Below, in pieces: positions 29,469-39,873 of a stretch of 64,000 bases of DNA; the stretch's first letter is position 1, and every line of letters starts with the position of its first letter. Origin of the DNA: Candidatus Obscuribacterales bacterium (lineage in GTDB: Bacteria; Cyanobacteriota; Vampirovibrionia; Obscuribacterales; Obscuribacteraceae); assembly GCA_965228855.1 (NCBI GenBank), contig CBDDIJ010000002.1, positions 1,696,001 to 1,760,000 of the forward strand. The letters are read 5' to 3'. Position numbers and translations under genes: made by a program. Below the pieces are notes generated by a model, which was not told the DNA's origin, made no database searches, and saw nothing but the letters and a program-made list of their open reading frames with translations.

Positions 29469-32400
29469 TCAGTATCCTCCAAGGATTGCCGCTGACGATG
29501 CTTTTCCGGTCCAGACTTCATTCAGGCGAACCGGTTTGAGCATTGTAGCCTCAGGTGTAGGTCTTACAAATTCGTATTTGTGAACGCTCGCTTGTTTGTC
29601 ACCGTCCTCGCAACCACTCACCAGAAGGTTTGCGCCAGTCGTCGTGCTTGTCGTGGCTACCCGCACGCCACCGGATTTGGTGAACGGTTTAAAGCTCGAT
29701 GTCTCGCGGAAAGGTGCGTCTTTGCCGCATCTGCACGAGCCTAGATAGAGCGCCGGTCCGCCATCCAGCGCGGAGCCGTTGGAAAAAACTTTCACTGTCC
29801 CGTCGCCTGTGAGCTGGCTAGCGATGATTGACTTCGCGCCACCAAGCGAGCCTGCTATCCAACCCGTGGTCAGCGAAACTCCACTCGAATAGTCTTTGCC
29901 AAACGGAAAGAAGCTGCTGTAACTAACTAGACTGTCGGCGGGATTCGCTAAACCTTGCCTGTCTTTCTCTATGGGCTTGAACAAGGTGTAGGCGAATGTC
30001 TTTATTTCTGTCGGGCTGCCTGGGCCGGGCGCAGTTACTATGCTCTCGCGACCGGTGGTTAAATCCACCATCCCCGCCGCGATGCTGACGCCGGAACGAT
30101 CTTCTCCATATGGTTTAAAGCTGGCGAACAGTGAAGGACCTTTGTCTGATCCTGCCAGCGGAATGCTGTAAACCTTCACTTCATCAGTGATGCCGGCTGG
30201 TGAACCGACGATGAGATTGTCGGACTGTGTGCCGTCAATTTGTGCAGAAGCCACGCTGACACCGTCGCGTGATTCAGAACCGAAGGGCTGAAAACGCGCA
30301 AGCTCTGTTCCAAATATACCTTTGCCCAGGATTGAAGCTCCTGCGTATGCCACCACTTCCGGTGCATGCTCTTTACCGGAACCGACTAGCAGGTCGAGTA
30401 TGCCATCGCCGTCGACATCTCCCATCGCGACATTGACGTTGCCTTCATAGAATGGAAATGGAATGACAGTTCCTATGAGTCTGTCGCCTTCGCCATCATA
30501 AATATGAACCTCCGCTGCTCGTCCGGGAGCGCCCGGAATTGCTACAGCGTATGAGGAAACTTGTGGTATCACGTTGATTATGGACATCAAGCCATTGTCC
30601 TCATGGTTGAGGCGGTGGCAGTGCGTAACATATGTGCCCGTGTATTCATCGAACCTGGAGCGGAATGTAAGAATGCCCGGGTCGGTTACATCTTCGCTGC
30701 TGTTCATCTTTGGCGCAGGTGCGTTGGCGTTATCGACGGAGAAATTGTCGGGGCCTGTTCGCACATTATTTGCAGGGTCAAAGTACTCGGTTACTTGAAA
30801 GTCATTGACGTGTACGTGAATTGGATGTTCGTCGTTATTGTTGTTGATGAACTTCCACTCCTCGATTGAATTGAGCCGAGGTTGGATCAATGGAGTGTTG
30901 GGAAAGGCTTGACCATTGAAAGCGTAAACGAATGCCTTTGAATCGCTCAAGCTTGCCATGTTATTGAGAAATCCGCCGGACATGACTAGCTCTCGTTTCA
31001 CATCCGGAATCGCTTTGGATAGTTCAACAAACGAAGAGTAAGCTCCGAGTTTTTGTCCTTCCACGAATGGTGTCGTAATGCCACCACTTTCCACTGCTTT
31101 GGCGCGCGCTAAAACCTGAGTTGGAAATACGAAGAAGCCATCGAAGTAGCTGATGTACTGCGGCAGCACGCTTAAATTGCCTAAAATAGCGGGAGGATTC
31201 TCGGTTCCATTGTTGGTGTAGAGCACACCGGGCGACGTAATCGTTTTGCTAGGATCGAACTGCCCATTGGGAGCGCTCTTGCCGATGGGAGGCATCTCCA
31301 GAAGTAGTTCGCCTTCGGCAGGTATCGTGACGGCAATCGCAAAGCGAGTTGCCGGAGGAATGATCAGCCGAGTGCCGTCGCCTATCAGCGGACGACGTAC
31401 CGCTGAATAAGGGTTTCCATCCTGTCCTACTATTGCGATTTTCGGATGACGACCAGTTGCTGTTTCAGTAAGTTGGACGTTCATGTAGGCGAAGTCGCTC
31501 ACATTTGCGAGCACCCAGATTTCGGTTTGACCAGCCTTACTTTTGATGTTCGGTTGGAACTGTCCATTAACCGTGAATTGAACGTCTCGAAGATAATCCG
31601 GAAGCGCGGGATCTGCCGGCAGATCTCCCTTATGGTCTGCCGTGGCAAAATTCTGAAGGTTGCTCGGAATCAGTGCCAATTGACCCCTGTGGTTGCGAAT
31701 CGAAAGCGGTCCTTCGTACCAGATGGTGGCGTATTTGGTGCCTTTCTTGGCTTGGTTGAAGTTTACCGGCGCAAAGGAAGGGCGATAAGTGCCTTTCTTC
31801 AGTTCTCCCTTTTGGGGCGGTTTAATTGAGCTTACCCACATTGGCCACATCAAATTGTTTAGATCTGCAGAACCTCCTGCGCGATCGAAAACGTAGTTAT
31901 ATTGAAGTGCCATCTTTCGGATGGGGATGTTGTTATCTGTGACCAGCGGAATGTTGCCGTCCGTTCTGCCTACCGCGAGCAAGCCTGCGAGGCCGGCATA
32001 GGTCTGAGGGGAGGTTAAACCGTGAAGATGACAGTGATACCAGTAGAGGCCTTGCGGCATGTTCCTTGGAATGTCGTAGCTGTAGGAGTTAGACATGCCC
32101 GGCGGAATGTCCAACATGACATTGTCGGAGTTTCCTTTGGGACTGATGTGCGCTCCGTGCGTGTGTAGATTGATCGGTGATGAGGTCATCTGCTCCGGAT
32201 ACAACGCAACCGGTTGACCCTTGGCCGTATATGAGGGAACGAAATAATCTCTGATAGTTAGGTTATTGAGTTCGTTTTCAAAATGGACGATCAACTTCTC
32301 GCCTGGATAAACTTGCAGCGTTGGACCGGGATACAAATTGCGCCCTGTGTTTTGTCCGTTCGATGCGGTGCCACGAATTATTTCGTAGCTAAACAACAAA

Positions 32401-32657
32401 AAGTTTTTGGCCGGTTTCGCTACCGTGTCGAGTGATGCTTCACCTTGTCTTGCCGTAAGCCTGACTTCGAGAACGCCGTCTTTGCTCATTAACGCGACTG
32501 GTTCTTTAAAGTCCGGTCGTGCAGCCAGGTTTGGCTTGGTTTCAGCGGCTTTTTTCGCGACTGTTTTTCCCCATGCCGCCCCGCCCAACGTCGAAACTGA
32601 CGTAGACAAAAGGATTGAACTTAGAATGAGTGAGTTGCATACTCGAGCGTTAAACAT
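29469..32657 (-). CDS. Secreted multicopper oxidase with C-terminal FG-GAP-like repeats
   Basis: Cu ligands HTHG, WYHCH, HPIHVH, HCHRLNHEDNGLM; VAMGDVDGDGILDLLVG repeat region; signal peptide. Confidence 0.92.
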   Translation of the reverse strand: MFNARVCNSLILSSILLSTSVSTLGGAAWGKTVAKKAAETKPNLAARPDFKEPVALMSKDGVLEVRLTARQGEASLDTVAKPAKNFLLFSYEIIRGTASNGQNTGRNLYPGPTLQVYPGEKLIVHFENELNNLTIRDYFVPSYTAKGQPVALYPEQMTSSPINLHTHGAHISPKGNSDNVMLDIPPGMSNSYSYDIPRNMPQGLYWYHCHLHGLTSPQTYAGLAGLLAVGRTDGNIPLVTDNNIPIRKMALQYNYVFDRAGGSADLNNLMWPMWVSSIKPPQKGELKKGTYRPSFAPVNFNQAKKGTKYATIWYEGPLSIRNHRGQLALIPSNLQNFATADHKGDLPADPALPDYLRDVQFTVNGQFQPNIKSKAGQTEIWVLANVSDFAYMNVQLTETATGRHPKIAIVGQDGNPYSAVRRPLIGDGTRLIIPPATRFAIAVTIPAEGELLLEMPPIGKSAPNGQFDPSKTITSPGVLYTNNGTENPPAILGNLSVLPQYISYFDGFFVFPTQVLARAKAVESGGITTPFVEGQKLGAYSSFVELSKAIPDVKRELVMSGGFLNNMASLSDSKAFVYAFNGQAFPNTPLIQPRLNSIEEWKFINNNNDEHPIHVHVNDFQVTEYFDPANNVRTGPDNFSVDNANAPAPKMNSSEDVTDPGILTFRSRFDEYTGTYVTHCHRLNHEDNGLMSIINVIPQVSSYAVAIPGAPGRAAEVHIYDGEGDRLIGTVIPFPFYEGNVNVAMGDVDGDGILDLLVGSGKEHAPEVVAYAGASILGKGIFGTELARFQPFGSESRDGVSVASAQIDGTQSDNLIVGSPAGITDEVKVYSIPLAGSDKGPSLFASFKPYGEDRSGVSIAAGMVDLTTGRESIVTAPGPGSPTEIKTFAYTLFKPIEKDRQGLANPADSLVSYSSFFPFGKDYSSGVSLTTGWIAGSLGGAKSIIASQLTGDGTVKVFSNGSALDGGPALYLGSCRCGKDAPFRETSSFKPFTKSGGVRVATTSTTTGANLLVSGCEDGDKQASVHKYEFVRPTPEATMLKPVRLNEVWTGKASSAAILGGY

Positions 32658-32780
32658 CAGTGGCGGTCCTTTGTGGCTGTGGCTAGAGCAAGTTGTAAAA
32701 CATTTGCTCTAAGTCTGCGGTAATGTCGGAGAAAATTCGAACGAGTTGAGCCAGCCGCTTCGTTGGCTCGGCTCCTTGGC

Positions 32781-33410
32781 TCAGCGTCCCTTGCCGTCTA
32801 CAAATCTGCTGATTGAAATGATCTCGCCGGTCTTAGAATTTACGGTCACGACTTTCTTTCCGTCCTTGCCTGTGACGCGGAAGTCGTGGACAAGTTTGCC
32901 TTCTTTGCCGGATTCCCAGATAAGAATTTCCCAGGCTTCAACGGAGCCAGGATAAGCTTTGAGTGCTTTCTCTTGTGTTTGTTCGATTGTTAGTTTTGCT
33001 TCTTTCAGTCTGGCGCGATCTGCGGCATTCGTGGTTTTGATCTTGCGTCCATCGCTGCTTTGAGAGTCAATTAGAATGCCGATGTTTGTCTTCTTGCCTG
33101 TGTTTCCGTCCAACTCTACTTCACTAATTCGACCGTCTTTACCTTTAATATAGAACGCATACTCCGGTATGCCGTCTTCGACCTGCAGATCCCAGCAGAG
33201 GAGTTCGCCTGGTACCAGTTTCAGTGCCGCATCCTGACCCTTCTCTTTTGAAACCTTTGCTGGTGAAACCTTTGCTTCTGAAACCTTCGCTTCTGCTTTG
33301 GTTGAGCCTTTTGCTTCAGCGGACTTTGCGGTCTTGACCTGATCGGCGGCAAAAGCAGGACCTGAACCGATTACAACGGCCAAGCTCAAGAGAGAAAGCA
33401 AAGTTTTCAT
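32781..33410 (-). CDS. Secreted PepSY-domain protein (two PepSY-like units)
   Basis: GGAGG RBS before MKTLLS; AALKLVPG...EVELDGNTG and KALKAYPG...VTVNSKTGEII. Confidence 0.7.
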   Translation of the reverse strand: MKTLLSLLSLAVVIGSGPAFAADQVKTAKSAEAKGSTKAEAKVSEAKVSPAKVSKEKGQDAALKLVPGELLCWDLQVEDGIPEYAFYIKGKDGRISEVELDGNTGKKTNIGILIDSQSSDGRKIKTTNAADRARLKEAKLTIEQTQEKALKAYPGSVEAWEILIWESGKEGKLVHDFRVTGKDGKKVVTVNSKTGEIISISRFVDGKGR

Positions 33411-33555
33411 ACGAACCTCCACGAAAGTCTATTGCCACCGCTACCGACGGAGCGAACCTATTCTATATCACCGGGAGGGCCAACTGGCGATTTATCCTGG
33501 TGGATTGATCGGCTGTTTGCGATAATAACGTGGATCTAAACGCGAGGAGCGAACG

Positions 33556-34572
33556 GTGAATCGAAGCTTTCTAATATTGGCCGGGTTTGGCGCGATCGCG
33601 CTTACTGTTTTACCCGCGAGTGCCGACAAGCCGTCTGGAAAATTTACGAGCTTTCCAGTAGCTAAAGCATCACCTCACGGCATCGTTTATCATGGCGCCG
33701 GACCATTGAAGGGCATCTGGTTCACTAACTCTACGCTGGATTCCAAGTCCGGCGCGGTGGAATTTTCACATAAGACCGGAAAGACCGTTACGCACGCCAC
33801 ACCAACTGTGGCTGCGAAAGCTGGATCGATCAACTTCTTCCCAGGCAAAGACGATCTCTGGTTTACCGAGACGAGTGCTAATAAAATCGCACGCATTGAT
33901 GGATCTCGAAAGATCAAAGAATTCGCGATTCCGACTGCCGGTAGCAAACCGTTTGATATCCAGCATGGACCGAACGACTCGATGTGGTTTACTGAATCTG
34001 GCGTTGGCAAGATTGGGAGAATCGACTCGAACGGCAAGATTACTGAGTTCAAAGTTGGAGCCGCGAATGACAAGCCGACTTCTCTAATGGAGCAATCGGG
34101 AGCAATATGGTTCACCGAAGTCGGGACCGGCCGCATTGGCCGTTTGACGACGTCCGGAGAAGTCAGCCACACTGCTACCGGATCTGGGGTCCTGACCGGC
34201 GACATCACCAATAGCAGTGATGGCGCGTTGTGGGCTCCGAAGAAGTCATCTGTGGTGCGCTTGAATACCGACGGCAGCTTGAACGAATTTCCGCTCCCAA
34301 ACGTAGTGAATACGGGAGCGATATTTGGACATGGTGAAGGCGTTTACATCGGGGCTATGAAAAAGGACGGGCAGGGAGCGATTCTCTCGGTTAGTGCTAC
34401 TGGTAAGGTAGAAGAATACGATCTTCCTCGCAAGAATTTGATGCCGGCCGCGATGGCTATAGATCCGGATGGTGGCTTCTTCATGACAGTGACCAGTCAT
34501 CCGTCTGGAGAGTCCGTTCCCGCAATCTGGAGATTGCAATTGGCATCGGAGAAATCAGCTTCAAGTCCTTAG
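33556..34572 (+). CDS. Secreted Vgb (virginiamycin B lyase)-like beta-propeller protein
   Basis: Repeated LWFTE...KIARI / MWFTESGVGKIGRI / IWFTEVGTGRIGRL; signal peptide; GAGGAG RBS. Confidence 0.85.
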   Translation: MNRSFLILAGFGAIALTVLPASADKPSGKFTSFPVAKASPHGIVYHGAGPLKGIWFTNSTLDSKSGAVEFSHKTGKTVTHATPTVAAKAGSINFFPGKDDLWFTETSANKIARIDGSRKIKEFAIPTAGSKPFDIQHGPNDSMWFTESGVGKIGRIDSNGKITEFKVGAANDKPTSLMEQSGAIWFTEVGTGRIGRLTTSGEVSHTATGSGVLTGDITNSSDGALWAPKKSSVVRLNTDGSLNEFPLPNVVNTGAIFGHGEGVYIGAMKKDGQGAILSVSATGKVEEYDLPRKNLMPAAMAIDPDGGFFMTVTSHPSGESVPAIWRLQLASEKSASSP

Positions 34573-34615
34573 GCACCACTTTTGGTGTCAGTATAAATTT
34601 TGTTCGCAATCAGTT

Positions 34616-37162
34616 TCAGTTACGATATGACATATGTGGTGTCACGCTGTCTGGTGTCGCTTGTGGTGATGTCCCTGACTCGTCAACCGCCCTGAGAAGC
34701 TCATCGAAACCTACATTGCAACTTCGCATCACTGCCCGTAAATCGATAAGCATGGTCAGGCGATTGTTTATCAAATTGATGGTTTCGGACCAGCGATGAT
34801 GCGCCTTCCCTTCTGCCGAAAGTTTTTGAACTGTTGAGTCTTTGTTGAGGTTGACGTTTAAAACCTTTGACTCTTTCCAGTACTTGATCAAAACTTCTCG
34901 TCTCGACAGATTCACTGACGAATCGGGTTCTGCTGTATTGAGAAATCGAGTTGTAATCGGTGTCAAACTGACTTGATCTGAATTTTTCCCGAACGCGGAG
35001 ACCAGAGCATTCGGATTGGCTTTGCCGGGGCGCCAGCCGCCATGCTGTTCTACCAACGTAACTGCTCCGAGACCGACGCCGATTGCTGAAGTGATGATGG
35101 CAAGGTAGTTTGTTGCCAAAACATTTTCCGGTCTACCAGTTAATCCAAGTGAAGTGGCAACTTGACCGAGAACGCCACCCTGAAGGAAGTTGACGTTGTT
35201 CGTGAATTGAATGACTTTGTCTCTGCGCCTTTCCATGCGGTCTAGAACTTTGAACTCCACATCGATTTCATGCCCGACGAGATCAGCATCGGTGATCATC
35301 GAAAGGAAGCCCTCATACACCCGTCTTGTAATCAGTAGCTTGGCACTCTCGTCGGAGTTCTCTCTTGCGGCTGTGACTCCATGAACTCCGAGCAAAGCCG
35401 CTGCAGCGGTTGCAGAGTGACTGAGTTTTGCATCAGCGTTTGGAGAACTTGTAGCAGTGGTAACCGGCCAGACCTTCTGCAATAGATCGAGCACTTCAAC
35501 ATCAAACTCATTGTACTGCTGGCGCAGCGAACTCAAAAGAGCAATTCGATTGAGGACCAGTTTGATCGAATCCCGTTTGCAGGACGGCATGCCTCCCAGC
35601 TGTTCGAGGACGCGCCGATCCTTTAAGTTCATGGTGACGACAGAATTTTTCGTCCAGGACTCGATCAAGCATTGGCGCCTTGTTTTGCCGTCTGTTCTGG
35701 AGGGCGAGGATGAGCTCAGATATGCGTAAGTGAGGGGAGAAAAACCTTTCTCGGCGGCAGGTCTCAGATTGAAGAAATCTGCCAACGAGTTTGGTCCGGA
35801 CTCATTTTTGCGCGTTCCACCTTTTAGAGCAAAAAACGATAGACCGGTCAAACCGAGACCGATTCCGCCGGATACGAGCAGTACAATACTGGCTTGATTT
35901 ATTTTGTGTTTCAGAAACAAACCGCTAGCTATCGAGCCAAACGTACCGCCCTGTACGAAGTTGACCTCGTACAGCTTTTGCATCAGATCGCCCTGTCTGG
36001 CGGTCAAGTCTGCAAGGACGGTGTCGACCTGGTAGTTGATCTCTTTCTGGCATCGGTCGCCGGCGACAGCCATATCCAGCCCGCCCGCAACCAATGTCTC
36101 GAGGAGTGTAATTTGTAAATCTCGCTTTTCTTCACTGTCACCGCCCGCGGTATTGAGCGCATTCAGATCTGCAACGACCTCTTCCAGGTGGAGAAGACGC
36201 ACTGCATCGTCGGCACCGCCTCCAAGCGCTGTCGTGGAGATCCGAGTATTTGATTTCGAATAATCGGCAAAGTCACCGCCCCTGACCTGATTCAGCAGGG
36301 CGAGAAGATCCGAGTTAAAACCTTCGATCGAGGTGTAGAGTGACCAGAGTAATACCAGGCGATTGTTGAGATAGTTCTGGCTTCTGGCTTTACCATCGGC
36401 GATGCCAAGCAGAGTCTCCCTTTTCGACATGTCCGCTTTGTAGTTCTGTTTCCAGGCATCATTCAGAAGTTCTTTGCGCGTTTTGGTTTCGCCGGGGGCG
36501 GGTGTGTTTAAATACCGCACTATGAGTGGTGGCAAGTTGGACCCATCAACAGGTTTGCCATTCACGTAAGGGGACATAAATGCCGGCGGCGAGAGGTGAT
36601 GCGCTTTTGCTCGTTTGTTGTAGATAATGCCCAGTATGGGCAGAGACGTTCCGACTCCTGCACTGACGAGCCCTAAGGTAGATTCCCAGACAAATTTTTC
36701 GTTGATGTCGCAGACACCGCCGAGCACTCCAAGAACGCCAAACTGAGTGAAGTTGGCAATATTGAAAAGTTGATTTACCGTGTTTTCCTTGCGCTGCTCT
36801 CGCATGATGGCATCATAGGCATACGCAATTTCGAATTCTAGCCGGCTTTCTGCGACCTGATTCTGTAGATCGGCCTCAAAAACTTTTCGCAGCACCAGGG
36901 CTCTGTAGTCGTTGAGTCGGTGCCGGTCGACGCCGACGCTCGTTCCGCCTCTCCGCATCGAAATAATTTGCTCTGCTTCCTCTCGAATGCCGAGGATATC
37001 GGCTGCCTGAGCTGCATTCGGAGTTAGTGCATTTTGCGAAACATCCGCTAATGCCGCAGAGGTAAGGTACCAGGGCTGAATCGCAATGCTTGTGAGAACG
37101 CAAAGTGCTTTGCGAGCAAATCGGGAGGCGGGCTGTTGGAATTCGTCAAACACCTTCTTCAT
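34616..37162 (-). CDS. Hypothetical exported/membrane protein with three tandem ~270-aa repeats
   Basis: Recurrent NF(T/V/L)Q(F/G)G(V/T), hydrophobic hairpin, (T/S)R(K/R)xxLxxxW, NR(L/I)xxL motifs; paralogue of 37333..39825. Confidence 0.85.
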   Translation of the reverse strand: MKKVFDEFQQPASRFARKALCVLTSIAIQPWYLTSAALADVSQNALTPNAAQAADILGIREEAEQIISMRRGGTSVGVDRHRLNDYRALVLRKVFEADLQNQVAESRLEFEIAYAYDAIMREQRKENTVNQLFNIANFTQFGVLGVLGGVCDINEKFVWESTLGLVSAGVGTSLPILGIIYNKRAKAHHLSPPAFMSPYVNGKPVDGSNLPPLIVRYLNTPAPGETKTRKELLNDAWKQNYKADMSKRETLLGIADGKARSQNYLNNRLVLLWSLYTSIEGFNSDLLALLNQVRGGDFADYSKSNTRISTTALGGGADDAVRLLHLEEVVADLNALNTAGGDSEEKRDLQITLLETLVAGGLDMAVAGDRCQKEINYQVDTVLADLTARQGDLMQKLYEVNFVQGGTFGSIASGLFLKHKINQASIVLLVSGGIGLGLTGLSFFALKGGTRKNESGPNSLADFFNLRPAAEKGFSPLTYAYLSSSSPSRTDGKTRRQCLIESWTKNSVVTMNLKDRRVLEQLGGMPSCKRDSIKLVLNRIALLSSLRQQYNEFDVEVLDLLQKVWPVTTATSSPNADAKLSHSATAAAALLGVHGVTAARENSDESAKLLITRRVYEGFLSMITDADLVGHEIDVEFKVLDRMERRRDKVIQFTNNVNFLQGGVLGQVATSLGLTGRPENVLATNYLAIITSAIGVGLGAVTLVEQHGGWRPGKANPNALVSAFGKNSDQVSLTPITTRFLNTAEPDSSVNLSRREVLIKYWKESKVLNVNLNKDSTVQKLSAEGKAHHRWSETINLINNRLTMLIDLRAVMRSCNVGFDELLRAVDESGTSPQATPDSVTPHMSYRN

Positions 37163-37332
37163 CCCGGCTGTGCTGAGCAGATTCTAGAAAGTTCAATTGA
37201 ATCATCTTGACTGGTTAATATGAGCGGTTTCAGCCTTGTCGAATCTGAGGTTTGTAAAATTAATAACATTGGTCGATTATTTCGCTAATCGCCCCGTTAA
37301 CTTAAGGGAGCGCTTTTGCCAAGAGCATAAAC

Positions 37333-39825
37333 TTGAGGTCTATGTTTCCATTGGCGCGCTCCAACTACCGCTTAGAGTCAACGAATCCGATAACGAGAGT
37401 TTTCGGTTCAGCTCGCCTCATTGCTGCGATGCTTGGATGCTTATTGGTCTGGCAATCTGTATTGCCCCTGGCTGCTTTGGCTGCGATGGAAGCGCGTGAT
37501 TCTTCCGGGTTGAGGGGGCCGCATGATCTTTCCGGCGCGGTGAACGCTCGTGACCTTTCCAGAGCAAACGAAGCGGCTGAAATTCTTGGAGTGCGCAAGA
37601 ATGTCGATCGCATTCTTGCTTTGCAAGCAGCTGGTGGAGGACCCGGTGAAGAGCTGCTATGGAACAAAGCAGTTGTTCTGAAGCAAATTTTGTTGGGTTA
37701 CCTGGAAGTTCGTCAAACTTCCGACCTGCTCGATGAGTCAATCGATGAAACATACGATGCAATCGATAAGCATGTGCGGCGAGTCAACCGTCGTGTCAAC
37801 CTTGCGAACACCGTCAACTTCACCACATTTGGTGTCCTCTTCAACATCGCTGCTGTCGATCGCCTTGAGAATTCATTCAAGGGTTCGAACGAGCTTACAT
37901 TTATCAGTGCCTCTCTGACTGCCGGCTTGGGTGCATTGGCAGTGGGTCTTTCTTATACGGGAGCCGCCGTCGATCGAGGTCGACCCAATCCGCTCGCGAA
38001 TATATTTGGACTGGATAACGTATCGGTTCCCTTGCCGGAGTTGGTTGCTAAATATATAGATGGAACTCCGAAGGACAGCACGCAGTCTCGCAAAGCCGCA
38101 ATGCTTGCGCTGTGGAAAACCAAATTCGGTGTGAATGAATCGAGCGAGTCGCGAAAAATACTTGCGGCTGAATCGACCAGGCGTCATTATGCAACGTTAA
38201 AGCTGCTCAATCAGCGTCTTGCGCTTTTGTTTTCCCTTAACGCTCTTGCGGAGCAATTCGATTCTGAGTTGCTTGCTCTTTTGCGAGTTATCGAAACCAC
38301 TTCGGTTCCGATAGGTACATCGACAGCCTCGAGTGAGGCGACTCTCACTGGTTACGTTGGTGCATCCGGCGCCGAAGCCGCAAAGTTGCTTAAGGTCGAG
38401 CAGTGTACAGCGGATATCATAAACGCGAACAAAGCAGGGGCGCGAAACGGCGATGATTTGCAGATATTAGCCCGGGATCTCTATGTGCTTGAAAAAATTC
38501 TTGGCGCCGCTTTGGAAATTCGTCAAGTTGTGGATCGTATCGATCAGGAAAAGCATTATCAGTTCGATATTCTGCTGCCGCAGCTGACGCGCGTTCGTGA
38601 CCGGGTGAACTTGCTCACCAACACGGCCACATTTACCGAGATTGGCGTTTTGAAAAACATAGCGGGCGGCGCCTTCGCTCGCGGAAGAAACCAGGCTGGT
38701 ACTGAGACTATTCTTACTATGGATGCGATCGCTGTTTTGCTTTCGACGGCTAACCTCGCGTATTTGAAGCTGTATCGCCACAAGCAGGACTCTCAAGTCA
38801 ACGCGCTGGCAAATGTTTATAAACTCGATACGCCGAGTGAATATCACTTCACTTCATTGATTTCGTCGTATCTGGAAGGTGTCCCTCCGGATTCTTCGAA
38901 TGGCGTTAATAGAAAACAGCAGCTATTGGCTCACTGGAAACAGACAGGCGTTTTGTCAAATAAAGAGCGAACCAAGGAAGCGCTTGCGTCCATGCCATCC
39001 ATGCATGACAAGCGAGTCGAGACTATTGAATTGGTCAACAAGCGCATTCGCATGCTATTCGATCTGAAAGGAACAGTTGAAACTCTGGATTCAGGGCTTT
39101 TACAGTTGCTTACCGCTATAATTTTGCCAGCACCTTCGACTCCTGCCGAAAACAGGGTTGATGGGCAATTGGCGCTGATAAAAAGAACCATGCAGAATGC
39201 CCTGGAAATTCGCAGCTCGTGCGACCAAATCGACAATCAACTTTCGCACGAGTACACCGCGAAAGAGGCGATCCTTGCGGCGCGAAGCCGCGGCATTCAG
39301 TACAACAACATTCTCAATTTCACGCAATCGGGCACGCTGGGAGTTGTGGCTTGCGGTTTGGCTTTAAACAATCGTGAGAATCAAGCCAACATATTAGATC
39401 TGGTCTCCGGCTCAGCGGTTCTACTCTTGTCGACGGCAGCGCTGCTACAGCAGCGGATGGGTAGCAGACCGACGAAGCCGGAGTTGAATATGCTTGCTCA
39501 GGTCCTGGTTCCAGGAACGACTCCGCGGGAGTACATTCCGGCATCAGTTTTGCAGTACTTGAATTCGCCGGTGGCGCCAACCGGTTTAACAAGAAGGGAA
39601 ACGTTGATCGAACGATGGAAACGTTCCGGAGTAATTACCACCAACTTGAAGAGTGCGCGCAATCTGAGTAAGTTGGCCGCCTGCGATGAAACTAGCAGAA
39701 AGGAAAGTGTTCAACTTATCACCGATCGAATTGTGATGTTGCATGACGTGCAAACGACTATCGAATCTATGGATAAGCAGTTGGTAACAGCACTTAAAGA
39801 GGCACCAGTTTCCATGGAAAATTGA
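37333..39825 (+). CDS. Hypothetical exported/membrane protein with three tandem repeats, divergent paralogue
   Basis: NFTTFGVL / TFTEIGVL / NFTQSGTL; PNPLAN / VNALAN / LNMLAQ; start codon uncertain. Confidence 0.85.
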   Translation: MRSMFPLARSNYRLESTNPITRVFGSARLIAAMLGCLLVWQSVLPLAALAAMEARDSSGLRGPHDLSGAVNARDLSRANEAAEILGVRKNVDRILALQAAGGGPGEELLWNKAVVLKQILLGYLEVRQTSDLLDESIDETYDAIDKHVRRVNRRVNLANTVNFTTFGVLFNIAAVDRLENSFKGSNELTFISASLTAGLGALAVGLSYTGAAVDRGRPNPLANIFGLDNVSVPLPELVAKYIDGTPKDSTQSRKAAMLALWKTKFGVNESSESRKILAAESTRRHYATLKLLNQRLALLFSLNALAEQFDSELLALLRVIETTSVPIGTSTASSEATLTGYVGASGAEAAKLLKVEQCTADIINANKAGARNGDDLQILARDLYVLEKILGAALEIRQVVDRIDQEKHYQFDILLPQLTRVRDRVNLLTNTATFTEIGVLKNIAGGAFARGRNQAGTETILTMDAIAVLLSTANLAYLKLYRHKQDSQVNALANVYKLDTPSEYHFTSLISSYLEGVPPDSSNGVNRKQQLLAHWKQTGVLSNKERTKEALASMPSMHDKRVETIELVNKRIRMLFDLKGTVETLDSGLLQLLTAIILPAPSTPAENRVDGQLALIKRTMQNALEIRSSCDQIDNQLSHEYTAKEAILAARSRGIQYNNILNFTQSGTLGVVACGLALNNRENQANILDLVSGSAVLLLSTAALLQQRMGSRPTKPELNMLAQVLVPGTTPREYIPASVLQYLNSPVAPTGLTRRETLIERWKRSGVITTNLKSARNLSKLAACDETSRKESVQLITDRIVMLHDVQTTIESMDKQLVTALKEAPVSMEN

Positions 39826-39873
39826 TAAACCTGTGACTCGTTTTGTCGCTCCGAATGTTTTCTTCTAATCAAT

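Noticed and set aside
33556..34572. Calling the Vgb-like protein a streptogramin resistance gene
   Set aside because: It carries a signal peptide and only the generic propeller repeats are evident; function is unsupported.
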